A stretch of DNA of 64,000 nucleotides from Candidatus Nealsonbacteria bacterium (GCA_047456315.1 CP179889.1:512776-576775), one strand, 5' to 3'. Shown: positions 16,147-25,100, counted from the first letter of the stretch. Numbers and translations: made by a program. Notes: generated by a model from the letters alone, not told the origin.

Positions 16147-17589
16147 TTATAATGATAGTTCTTTATCCTGAATATAATCCAGACCATTCTTTATAGCAAT
16201 TTCAGCTTTTTGAAGCTCAGTTCCCAAATCAAAAGCATGAGAAAGCTCAGAAACAGTTTCAGCTAGAATTAACTTATTATATATTTTAATAGCAGCTTTC
16301 TCTTCTAATCCATTTTGTTGAAATTCCTGTAAAAATTGATTGTCAGGAGAATAATGCCTTAAAATAATATCTTTTCCTTTAATACTAATAATGAAATAGC
16401 CACGCGGGTCAAGACAATAATCTAGTTTCTTAAAACCATGCTCTTGAATTATTTTTTTTGCTGCTGGTAATTCATTGTCATAGATATGAGCGCAATTAGA
16501 AAAAATAGTTAAAAGCCCTGGTTTCTTAGATAATTGTTCAGCTAAATAATACTGAACACGACGCAGACCAAATGCATTCAAAACCCAGCCAGAAAATATG
16601 GCATGGCTTCTAAAATATGCAGTTAAATTTAGCTTATCTTTTAATGTTGTTGCCTGAACTAAACACATACAAGGAGACCTAGAAGCTTTATGGTCAACGG
16701 TCATATCAAATGTCACGGCTAATGCAGCCCTATCATTAGGATGTTTTTTTAAATAAGGTATCATTACATCCTCTACTTGATTTATTCCTTTATAGTTCCA
16801 GAGCCGCTCACCATAACTATAGATTTCATCTCCCCTATCGCCCTTCATAATGCTTGACTGATACTTTTCTATGTCCTGTTTGCTAACCTGTAAAAAAGGA
16901 AATATTTCAGGCCTAAAAGGATCCTCATCGCTAATAACACTGGCAATATTAAAAATTTCTCTTACTTCATTCCCATACCAGCTCTTATTAACCGCTCCAA
17001 ACTTTAAGATAAGCTTTAAAATTCTAAGCCAGGCAGACCCAATATACTTTTCCCTTACCTTAAAAACTGACTGGTCAGTAGGAAAAGAAGTGGATTTTTT
17101 TTCTTTATGCTCAGTAAATGTTTGAGAATCAGCAAATGGTTTACCCTTCAGTAAACAGCTTTTTAGTTCTTTAGCTATTTTATCTGCATCTCTTATGCCT
17201 ATCAGGTTTTTAATCTTAACATTTCTCCTTATAAGCTCTATTGCTTCTTCTGGTATTTCTTTATGGATTAAAGCAAAATCAGTATCAACAATATTGTAGT
17301 TTTTATCAATGCCTTTTTGAAAAAAGTTAATTAAAGCTTGCCCTGAACTTGAAATATCCTGACCGCAAACTATTAAATAATGTATGGATGGATTAGCTAA
17401 AATATTCCTGACAATATAGTTAATGCCGCTTTTAGAATAGAGCTGGCCAGCCACACAAAAAAGGTTTTTATCTAACTTCTCAGTAATTTGTTTTGTCGGC
17501 GTCCATAAAGTTACAATAGCAACTTCGCTTTTAGGATTACCTAAAATCAAGTTATCTTTTGAATAAATTGGCCAATTCTTGTTTTCCAT
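16147..17589 (-). CDS. Thymidylate synthase (ThyA-fold) core embedded between an MtrA-like N-terminal domain and a DUF4346-like C-terminal domain
   Basis: 480 aa. The N-terminus parallels MtrA (NWPI..EVAIVTLW..VAGQLYSKSGINYIVRNILANPSIHYLIVCGQD). The middle has YGERLW, HPNDRAALAVTFD, SPCMCLVQ (catalytic Cys), FRSHAIFSGWVLNAFG and AHIYDNE. The C-terminus has LDPRGYFIISIKGKDIILRHY. Confidence 0.75.
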   Translation of the reverse strand: MENKNWPIYSKDNLILGNPKSEVAIVTLWTPTKQITEKLDKNLFCVAGQLYSKSGINYIVRNILANPSIHYLIVCGQDISSSGQALINFFQKGIDKNYNIVDTDFALIHKEIPEEAIELIRRNVKIKNLIGIRDADKIAKELKSCLLKGKPFADSQTFTEHKEKKSTSFPTDQSVFKVREKYIGSAWLRILKLILKFGAVNKSWYGNEVREIFNIASVISDEDPFRPEIFPFLQVSKQDIEKYQSSIMKGDRGDEIYSYGERLWNYKGINQVEDVMIPYLKKHPNDRAALAVTFDMTVDHKASRSPCMCLVQATTLKDKLNLTAYFRSHAIFSGWVLNAFGLRRVQYYLAEQLSKKPGLLTIFSNCAHIYDNELPAAKKIIQEHGFKKLDYCLDPRGYFIISIKGKDIILRHYSPDNQFLQEFQQNGLEEKAAIKIYNKLILAETVSELSHAFDLGTELQKAEIAIKNGLDYIQDKELSL

Positions 17590-17595
17590 AAAAGA

Positions 17596-18483
17596 CTAGA
17601 TTTTGATTATTTCCACTTTCCTGCTTTTTAAAACCCTGGCCCCATCAAACACAGCTGAACCCTGAGAATAAACTATTTTTTTAATTCCAGACAAAGCAAT
17701 TAATTTAGCACAGGCCGGACAGGGAAAATGAGTTACATAAATAACAGCATTCTTAAGAGATACACCCTTGCAAGCTGCCTTAGCAATAATAGAGGCCTCA
17801 GCATGAGAAACACTGCAAATCTCTGATAATTTACCTGGAGCAATATCATCTCTAACACACCCTATTTTATAACATTCGTCATTAGCTGGCATCATCTCAT
17901 TAAATGCTTTTAGAATAACACTATTTTTTTTAACCAAAACTGCTCCTACCTGACGCCACCAACATTTTGAATTCTGGGCCTGGTCCAATGCTTGTTTTAT
18001 GAATTTCTTATATTTTATTAATTCAGCTTTAGAAACCTTGGAGCTGCTTCTTTTAAAATTAACTACTTTATCATCATGCCACTTCAGCCTGATATCGTAA
18101 TATTTAATATGCTTTTTGTATTTATTATCAATTAAATAGTGTTTTGCAAAATCCTCACTCTTCTCACCCTTTAAGATAATTATCTTTTGAAAGCTTGTAT
18201 TTTTTATCAACTCAATAAAATTATCCTTATTTAACGAAACAAATTTCTTTATTGGAAGATAGGCATTAATGATTTTTTTTGCTTCTTTGCCAGGTATTTT
18301 TCTAATATCTGGCTCCAGTTTTGTCATTTGTTTAATGGTTTTACTATCTAAAAAGCCCAGATAAAAATGGGCTTTAAATTCTTTAAGAACCTTATTGAAA
18401 AAATCAATATATCCTTTATGAATAACCGGAAACTCACCAATAATTAAAATATTCTTAGTGTTCAATGATTTTACCATTTTCAA
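17596..18483 (-). CDS. dCMP (deoxycytidylate) deaminase with an uncharacterised N-terminal domain of about 155 aa
   Basis: C-terminal half: VGAVLVKKN...SHAEASIIAKAA...YVTHFPCPACAKLIALSGIKKIVY (HAE / PCxxC zinc motifs). N-terminal ILIIGEFPVIHKGYIDFF resembles a degenerate HxGH nucleotidyltransferase motif. Confidence 0.8.
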   Translation of the reverse strand: MKMVKSLNTKNILIIGEFPVIHKGYIDFFNKVLKEFKAHFYLGFLDSKTIKQMTKLEPDIRKIPGKEAKKIINAYLPIKKFVSLNKDNFIELIKNTSFQKIIILKGEKSEDFAKHYLIDNKYKKHIKYYDIRLKWHDDKVVNFKRSSSKVSKAELIKYKKFIKQALDQAQNSKCWWRQVGAVLVKKNSVILKAFNEMMPANDECYKIGCVRDDIAPGKLSEICSVSHAEASIIAKAACKGVSLKNAVIYVTHFPCPACAKLIALSGIKKIVYSQGSAVFDGARVLKSRKVEIIKI

Positions 18484-18928
18484 AGTATTTTAAATTATCT
18501 TTTAGCTCATCAATTAAATGGAGGACATTTGGAGCAATTTTAATCTTGTTTTTCAAAATATCATCCAATCTTATCCATTTGTGGTCAATAACATCATATA
18601 AGGGCTCAGAAGTTTTCATGTGCTCAACTTTCCCTCCCCTTATTTCACAAAGAAAATGAAACAAAACAAGCACAGCATCTTGATACTCACTCTCCCATTT
18701 TATAATCGGTGTTAAGGCTTTTACAGCCCTTACATCTAAATTTACTTCCTCCTTGGTCTCTCTTATAGCAGCCTGAAGAGGATCCTCGTACTTCTCTACT
18801 TCACCGCTTGGTGGAGACCAAAAATCCCTGTCTTTTTGCATGACCAGCAAAAGCTCTTTGTTCTCATTAAAACAAAAAGCAATAGAAACCATTATCACAT
18901 TATGAGTGGGCCATTGAATTTTTTCCAT
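18455..18928 (-). CDS. Nudix hydrolase
   Basis: 157 aa; Nudix box GEVEKYEDPLQAAIRETKEEVNL. Confidence 0.85.
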   Translation of the reverse strand: MEKIQWPTHNVIMVSIAFCFNENKELLLVMQKDRDFWSPPSGEVEKYEDPLQAAIRETKEEVNLDVRAVKALTPIIKWESEYQDAVLVLFHFLCEIRGGKVEHMKTSEPLYDVIDHKWIRLDDILKNKIKIAPNVLHLIDELKDNLKYFENGKIIEH

Positions 18929-18937
18929 AATCCAAAA

Positions 18938-19381
18938 TTAACCAATAGTAAAATGCACTGTGTCAGTTTTTTTAGTGGTTTTACCAATCTTAGGCACTAT
19001 CAAATGAAAATGAAGATGATTAACCGTAGAGCCAGTATAAATTGCCTCACCAAATCTTAGAGCAAGACCCCCGCCTTTTATCTTATACTTCTCTGTTGCC
19101 CATTTGATTAACTGAAAAACCTCAGAAAAATCAGAAGCACTTAATTGAGTAAAATCTTCTTTGTGTTTCTCTGATATTATTAAAAAATGATACTGAGTAT
19201 TTTCATAGGGCCAGCTGCTTTCAGTAATAAACCAATTCTTTCTTTTAAGTAGTATTGGCTTTTTATGATATTTAAAGTTTTCTTTGCAGAAAGGACACTT
19301 TCCTGTTTTTTTGATTGTTTTTAAAATATCTTTATACTCCTTTGACTTGGCAAACTCTAGATTAACAAACTTTTTTTTCAT
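18938..19381 (-). CDS. HIT-family nucleotide hydrolase/transferase
   Basis: 147 aa; histidine triad VNHLHFHLIVP and an N-terminal CPFC. Confidence 0.75.
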   Translation of the reverse strand: MKKKFVNLEFAKSKEYKDILKTIKKTGKCPFCKENFKYHKKPILLKRKNWFITESSWPYENTQYHFLIISEKHKEDFTQLSASDFSEVFQLIKWATEKYKIKGGGLALRFGEAIYTGSTVNHLHFHLIVPKIGKTTKKTDTVHFTIG

Positions 19382-19914
19382 GGTTTAATGTTTTTTAAAA
19401 GGTATTCCAAGCGCTGCTTAACTGTTTTCTCTATTATTTTAGTGGTTGAGGTTTTCTTTGCCTGACGCTTTAAAACTTTGAGATGGTTACAGAATTTAGC
19501 AATTTGCTTTCTTTGCTCTGTTGGATAAGCCTCCCCTAAGCTAGTTACAAAAACATCGGGCTTTATTGCCTTTATTAAATTCATTTGCCAGTGCCCGCTC
19601 TTATCAACATCATCTATCAAGGAAATATAATCAACAAAACTCTGGTAGCTTAACATTTCCATTCTTTCTCCCTGAGGAATAATTGGCCTCAAAGGATTCT
19701 TTTTATAGAGTTTGATAGCCCTGTCGCTGTCAACCCCCACTATTAAAATATCACCATGGTCTTTTGCTGAACTCAAATAACGAACATGACCAATATGGAG
19801 CATATCCCAGGAACCAATAGTGCAGACTATTCTTTGATTAAGTGTTTTGTGAGCTTTAATTATCTTAGACAATTTTTTGTAATCTAAAATAATCTTGTTT
19901 GTTTTGTTTTTCAT
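19378..19914 (-). CDS. Cytidylyltransferase-family protein (TagD / RfaE domain II-like)
   Basis: 178 aa; GSWDMLHIGHVRYLSSAKDHGDILIVGVDSD...RPIIPQGERMEML (HxGH nucleotidyltransferase). Confidence 0.75.
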   Translation of the reverse strand: MKNKTNKIILDYKKLSKIIKAHKTLNQRIVCTIGSWDMLHIGHVRYLSSAKDHGDILIVGVDSDRAIKLYKKNPLRPIIPQGERMEMLSYQSFVDYISLIDDVDKSGHWQMNLIKAIKPDVFVTSLGEAYPTEQRKQIAKFCNHLKVLKRQAKKTSTTKIIEKTVKQRLEYLLKNIKP

Positions 19915-19916
19915 AT

Positions 19917-20483
19917 TTAGATTGAAGATATTTTAGTCTTTAACTCTTTTCCATATTTTTTTAAAAAAATAAACGCTCGTGAAAAAATTAAAGAAAAGCC
20001 AGGAACAAAAAGCAGAACTGAAAGTAATTGATTTTTCAAAAAAGGAATTGCCATCAGATAACACTCAATCAAGCCACCTAAATCCATTGAATACATATTT
20101 GAGGTTAACCACCAGCCGAAATTAGTCCAAATGTAAAAAAATAAAACCGATAAAATTCCTAAACCCGTGCTTTTAAGATGCAGGTGCTTTGAATTTCTTT
20201 TTAGTATATTACCAAAAATCCCAATCAAAGCAAAAGCTGACCAGGTAAATAAATAAATGACACTGTTTCCAAAATAAAAATCAGAAAAAAACATAATATT
20301 TAAAGGAATTAAAATACTGTAAAATCCTCTAAAAAACACTCCTGATAATAAAGAAAGGGCTGTTACAGCTTCAAAGTTTGGAATATGAAACTGTTCATTT
20401 AAAAAAATACGAAAAACAACTCCAAAAAAAATAACTAGAGCTGCTAAAGGTATCTTTAGATAATCTTTTGAAATAATAGCCAT
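19917..20483 (-). CDS. Polytopic membrane protein (5-6 TM), possible vitamin/cofactor transporter component (DUF6580 / ECF-S-like)
   Basis: Hydrophobic throughout; NFEAVTALSLLSG motif. The ORF track starts at 20534, but the ATG at 20483 (MAIISKDYLK) removes the overlap with the upstream gene. Confidence 0.5.
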   Translation of the reverse strand: MAIISKDYLKIPLAALVIFFGVVFRIFLNEQFHIPNFEAVTALSLLSGVFFRGFYSILIPLNIMFFSDFYFGNSVIYLFTWSAFALIGIFGNILKRNSKHLHLKSTGLGILSVLFFYIWTNFGWWLTSNMYSMDLGGLIECYLMAIPFLKNQLLSVLLFVPGFSLIFSRAFIFLKKYGKELKTKISSI

Positions 20484-20487
20484 AAAA

Positions 20488-20964
20488 TTAAAAAGAAATA
20501 GGTGCAAATTTCCATTCAATACTGTCACCACCATTAGGCATCATCTTATCAGCTGCAATCATTGGCAGTTCTTCATTTACCCAATACTGCCAGTACTTAT
20601 TATCAATTCCATTGTTTATTTTATCAATACTATTTACTAAAACACCCATTTTATCATAATAAGTAGTCTCTATTTGAAAGTGATTTTTCAGAGCCAAATC
20701 TTCAAGTAATGAAAAAACAGTTGAATCTTTTAAAAGAAACAACTGCTCCTCAACAACACTGCCCTGACTAAAATTAATAATATAATTTACTTTTGGCAAA
20801 GGTCCCCTTAACTGAGCGTTGCCAATAACTATCTGGTTTAAAATCAAAGTATCAATTTCCCCGTCAACTCCCAAAAAACCATTTCTAATAAAAAACAAGC
20901 TTCCCAGTAAAAAAATTGTTAAAATAATTGCGCTTGTTTTTGAATTAATCTTAGAAAATAACAT
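20488..20964 (-). CDS. DUF4430-like secreted/anchored protein (transcobalamin beta-domain-like fold family)
   Basis: 158 aa; N-terminal TM/signal segment. C-terminus YWQYWVNEELPMIAADKMMPNGGDSIEWKF matches the DUF4430 end motif. Confidence 0.6.
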   Translation of the reverse strand: MLFSKINSKTSAIILTIFLLGSLFFIRNGFLGVDGEIDTLILNQIVIGNAQLRGPLPKVNYIINFSQGSVVEEQLFLLKDSTVFSLLEDLALKNHFQIETTYYDKMGVLVNSIDKINNGIDNKYWQYWVNEELPMIAADKMMPNGGDSIEWKFAPISF

Positions 20965-20972
20965 ATTAAATA

Positions 20973-21395
20973 TTATTCAATTTCAATTCCCATATTCTTG
21001 GCAGTGCCCTCCACTATCCTCATCGCTGCCTCAATATCTTCAGTATTAAAATCAGGCATTTTCTCTTCAGCTATCCTCTTAAGCTGGGCTTTAGTGATTT
21101 TACCAACCTTCACTTTGTTTGGCTGGCCAGAACCTTTTTCAATACCAGCTGCTTTTTTAAGCAGTTCAGAAACAATGGGTTTCTTCACTTTAAACTTATA
21201 GGTTCTATCTCCAAAAACACTAATCACAACAGGAATAATAAAACCCTGCTGATCAGCTGTCATATCATTGAATTTCTTACAAAAACCAGGAATATTTAAT
21301 CCATGCTGAGCTAAAGCTGGACCTACTGGAGGAGCTGGAGTGGCTTTGCCTGCTGGAATCTGTAATTTAATTTTTGCTATTACTTTTTTAGCCAT
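20973..21395 (-). CDS. rplK: 50S ribosomal protein L11
   Basis: 140 aa; [26 protein letters not shown]. Confidence 0.97.
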   Translation of the reverse strand: MAKKVIAKIKLQIPAGKATPAPPVGPALAQHGLNIPGFCKKFNDMTADQQGFIIPVVISVFGDRTYKFKVKKPIVSELLKKAAGIEKGSGQPNKVKVGKITKAQLKRIAEEKMPDFNTEDIEAAMRIVEGTAKNMGIEIE

Positions 21396-21398
21396 AGT

Positions 21399-21944
21399 TT
21401 ACATTTTTTTAATCTGTAAAGAGTCCAGTTCAACTGGCGTGTCTCTTCCAAACATATTTACTAAAACCTTTACTTTTCCTTTCTCCTGGTCAATTTCTGA
21501 AATCCTTCCATCAAAATCCTTAAAAGGACCATCTGTAATCTTTACTAAATCACCACGCTTAACCTCAATTTTATACTTTGGTTCTTTGTCCTCCATTCTC
21601 TCCATTAAAGAATCAATCTCTTTTTTAGAAACCGGAATAGGGGTGGTTCCAGCGCCAATAAAGCCAGTAACATTTGGGGTGTTTCTTACAACATACCAGG
21701 AATCATCAGTAACAATCATCTCAACTAAAACATATCCAGGATATATCTTTTCCTCAATTGTTTTTCTTTTGCCGTCTTTAATCTTTATTTTCTTTTCCTT
21801 AGGAACAATAACATTAAAAATCTTGTCTTCCATTCCTAAAGATTCAATACGCTGTTTAAGATTCTTGGCAACTGATTCTTCATATCCTGAATAAGTATGA
21901 AGAACATACCAGTTTCTTTTTTGTGATAGTCTTTGTTTTGGCAT
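21399..21944 (-). CDS. nusG: Transcription termination/antitermination factor NusG
   Basis: 181 aa; WYVLHTYSGYEESV NGN domain and a KOW domain GDLVKITDGPFKDFDGRISEID. Confidence 0.95.
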   Translation of the reverse strand: MPKQRLSQKRNWYVLHTYSGYEESVAKNLKQRIESLGMEDKIFNVIVPKEKKIKIKDGKRKTIEEKIYPGYVLVEMIVTDDSWYVVRNTPNVTGFIGAGTTPIPVSKKEIDSLMERMEDKEPKYKIEVKRGDLVKITDGPFKDFDGRISEIDQEKGKVKVLVNMFGRDTPVELDSLQIKKM

Positions 21945-21949
21945 AATAT

Positions 21950-22153
21950 CTAAATGACAAACTTATTTAAAAAATTGGTAAACAGAAAATCTATTCCTCC
22001 TAAAAATATTGCTGTTGCTACTGAAATACCAATAACAATCAAAGTATATCTTATGGTTTGTTTTGTTGTTGGCCAGTTGACCTTTTTAATCTCAACCCTA
22101 ACTTCTTTAAAAAAGTTATCTACTTTACTGAATATGGCACCTATATTTGGCAT
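21950..22153 (-). CDS. secE: Preprotein translocase subunit SecE
   Basis: 67 aa; EVRVEIKKVNWPTTKQT followed by a single TM helix; position upstream of nusG. Confidence 0.9.
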   Translation of the reverse strand: MPNIGAIFSKVDNFFKEVRVEIKKVNWPTTKQTIRYTLIVIGISVATAIFLGGIDFLFTNFLNKFVI

Positions 22154-22179
22154 AATTCTATTTACTTTGTGATTAACGA

Positions 22180-25100
22180 TTAAACATCAAGATTCTTTAC
22201 CTGTTTAGCATAAGACTGAATGAATTTCTTTCTTGGCAGAACCTCTTTGCCCATTAAAATATCAAATATCCTGTCTGCTTCTCTTTCATCATCAATATTA
22301 ACCTGAAGCAAGGTTCTATTTTCTGGATCCATGGTAGTATCCCAAAGCTCTCCAGCATTCATTTCTCCTAAACCTTTATACCTTTGAATAGAAATATTTG
22401 TGTTTTTCCCAAAGGACTTTATTATCTCCTTGCTCTGACTTTCAGTATAAGCATAATCTATTTTTTTACCAGCCTGGATTTTATATAAAGGCGGCTGGGC
22501 AAGATATAAGTATCCTCTTTCAATTAAAGGTTTAAAGTAACGGTAGAACAAAGTCAAGAGCAGTGTTTTAATATGATTACCATCTGAATTATGCAATAAA
22601 GTTCCGCCAAGACCAGCTACAAAGTTTTGGTCTCCGCAGACTGAAAAATCATAAACAAAATTATCAGGATTTTTAACTTTCTCAATATTTCTGACCTTAA
22701 GACCAATAAAATCTTGAGAGATTGGCTGTAAATATTTACCAATTAGTTTTTTGTAATTTACTTTTTTAAGGTACTCTTTTAACTTCAAACTATCCTTATG
22801 ATTCAACCAGACATTTTTAGTCTCAACCAAATATTCAACAGTAGACACTGACAAATCATAAGACTTAAAGTTAGAACGGATAAGTTTTCCATCTTTCCTA
22901 AAATGATTTTTAGATCGAGACACACTATATGCTGGAAATATTCCCCACTGCCTAAAAATAGTCATTATACCCTGAATAAGTTTTTCAGAAGACAGTCTCC
23001 AGCCATAAATAGCTTTTCTTGGCTTGTCTTTTGGCCAAACTGTAATAAAACCATCACTATGAAGCAAACCTTCAATTAAAGATTCTTGAACTGACTTTTC
23101 TACATTAAAAAAGGTATTAGGAATAAACTTTTCATTACATTTCTTTTTCAAAAGACCTAACTGAGTTAAAAGCAACTTAAATTCAAGAGAATGAAAATGC
23201 AGGTCAATGCTATTAGTATTTTTAGCATAATCTAAAATAGCTTTGGCTCCAAATTTCTTTTCAATAATTTGAGAAAGCTTTTTAATATACTGTTCTGAAT
23301 TTTCCTTATTTAAAGAAATTGAAAATCTGTTTGGATTTTTTTTCTGAAAAGCAGCATAACCATCACCTAAATAAAACCCGATTAAATAACTCAAATCTTT
23401 ACCCAGTTTAAACTTAGTTTTAATAAGCCTAGAATGATTTCTGTAATAGAATTGAACTTCTTCAGCGCTCTTTCCTTTCCAGCTCTTTATTGGAATATAA
23501 AGATTATAATCCAAACCCTTGGAATTTATTTCTATTTGGCTTAAATACTGCTTAAACTGATGAAATCTAGGCATTACATTATCGATCTTCTGTTCCCACT
23601 GCTGAACAACTCTATCATAAACTTTAATCAATTCTCCCATCACTCGTCTGGATATTCCAGTCAACTCTCTTTTTTTCTGAAGTTGATTCCAAGAACCAGA
23701 ATTTAAATCACACCAAGCCATTGCTGGCACTTGTTCTATACGATTCTGAGGAACTTTGACAGAAATATTCTCGAGACCAGAATTTAAAATAGCGTCTTCC
23801 AAATCCATAACATATTCTTTTTCTTGATGAGGAAGCTTTTTAGGAAAAACTAAAATATCTCCTTTTTTAACTTTATCTCCTTTTTTAGTAACAACCTTTC
23901 CATTTTCAAAAACATAAATACTATGGCAAGAAGTTATTTTAATAGGATAACCACAATAAGTCTTGATTTCATATAAAGGAGTACGACGAGGATGACGAAT
24001 AGTCTGATATATATCTTTTAAATCTGATTTCTTATTCTTGGAGTTATATGTTAAAACCTGATATTTTAAAGCATCATCACAATTTTCAATAAATTCCCCA
24101 ACTTCAGTTAAGAAAAACTCCTGTTTTTCTTTATTATAAATAAGAATTGGAGTATCACCAGTTACACTATCAGCATCACACATTATAACAATCCTGTGAT
24201 ATCTGGCTTTTTCAATATCAAAGTCATCAGAAACTGCAGTTCCTAATGCAATAATCAATGACTTAATTTCTTTAGAATTTAATATCTTATCAAGACGAGC
24301 TCTTTCAACATTCAAAATCTTACCACGCAAAGGTAATATAGCCTGAAAATGACGATCCCTGGCCTGACGACTTGAACCTCCGGCTGATTCTCCTTCGACA
24401 ATAAATATCTCTGATTCTTCTGGATTTCTGGAAGTACAATCTGCAAGTTTACCAGGCAGCGCCAAACCATCTAATATCTTTTTTCTTAAAATAGTATCTT
24501 TAGCAGCTTTAGCGGCTTTTCTTGCTTTCTGAGCTAAAGCAAATTTCAGAATAATTGCCCTGGCATCATTTGGATTTCTTTCCAAAAAATCAGCTAAAGC
24601 AACGCTTACAACTTGCTCAACTATTGGCTTGGCTTCAGAATTACCCAGTTTTGATTTTGTCTGGCCTTCAAACTGAGGATCTTTTACCTTAATTGAGATT
24701 ACTGCTGTTAAACCTTCTCTTGTATCTTCTCCAGTAAAGTTGCTATCAGTTTCTTTTAAGAATCCATTCTTTTTTGCGTAGTCATTAAAGGTTCTTGTTA
24801 GGGCAGACCTGAACCCAGTTAAGTGAGTGCCGCCTTCCTGAGTATGAACATTATTAGCAAAAGTTTTTTCAACACATTCAAGATCATCAGTATAGCGAAA
24901 AGCTGACTCAACCAAGATTCCATTCTTTTCTCCCGAACAATAAAAGATGGTTTGGTTAACAGGTGGAGATGTTCTGATTAGGTATTTAATATAAGAAATT
25001 ATTCCTCCTTCAAAATAAACAGCATAAGTTTTATGAGGCTTAACTCTTTGGTCAAAAAAAGTAATCCTTACTCCTTTTGTTAAATAAGCTTGCTGACGAA

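Noticed and set aside
16147-17589. Interpreting the ThyA-like enzyme as a dCMP hydroxymethylase / DNA hypermodification enzyme (phage-like)
   Set aside because: The pyrimidine-reading residue in the PFN-equivalent motif is Asn (VLNAFG), as in dUMP-specific ThyA, not Asp as in dCMP hydroxymethylases. The neighbouring dCMP deaminase and tmk fit ordinary dTMP synthesis. No glucosyltransferase or phage context is present.
21340-21894. Long plus-strand ORFs in the track that lie antisense to well-supported genes. Examples: 21340-21894 opposite nusG, 38270-38770 opposite mreB, 58030-58545 opposite rplE, 43455-43832 opposite rpsD, 63164-63526 opposite rplD, and 9120-9614 (minus) opposite the secreted protein.
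   Set aside because: Each is fully nested antisense to a gene with unmistakable conserved motifs. Their translations are low-complexity (F/L/S/I-rich), as expected for the reverse complement of K/E-rich coding sequence in AT-rich DNA. They show no motifs and no independent signals.
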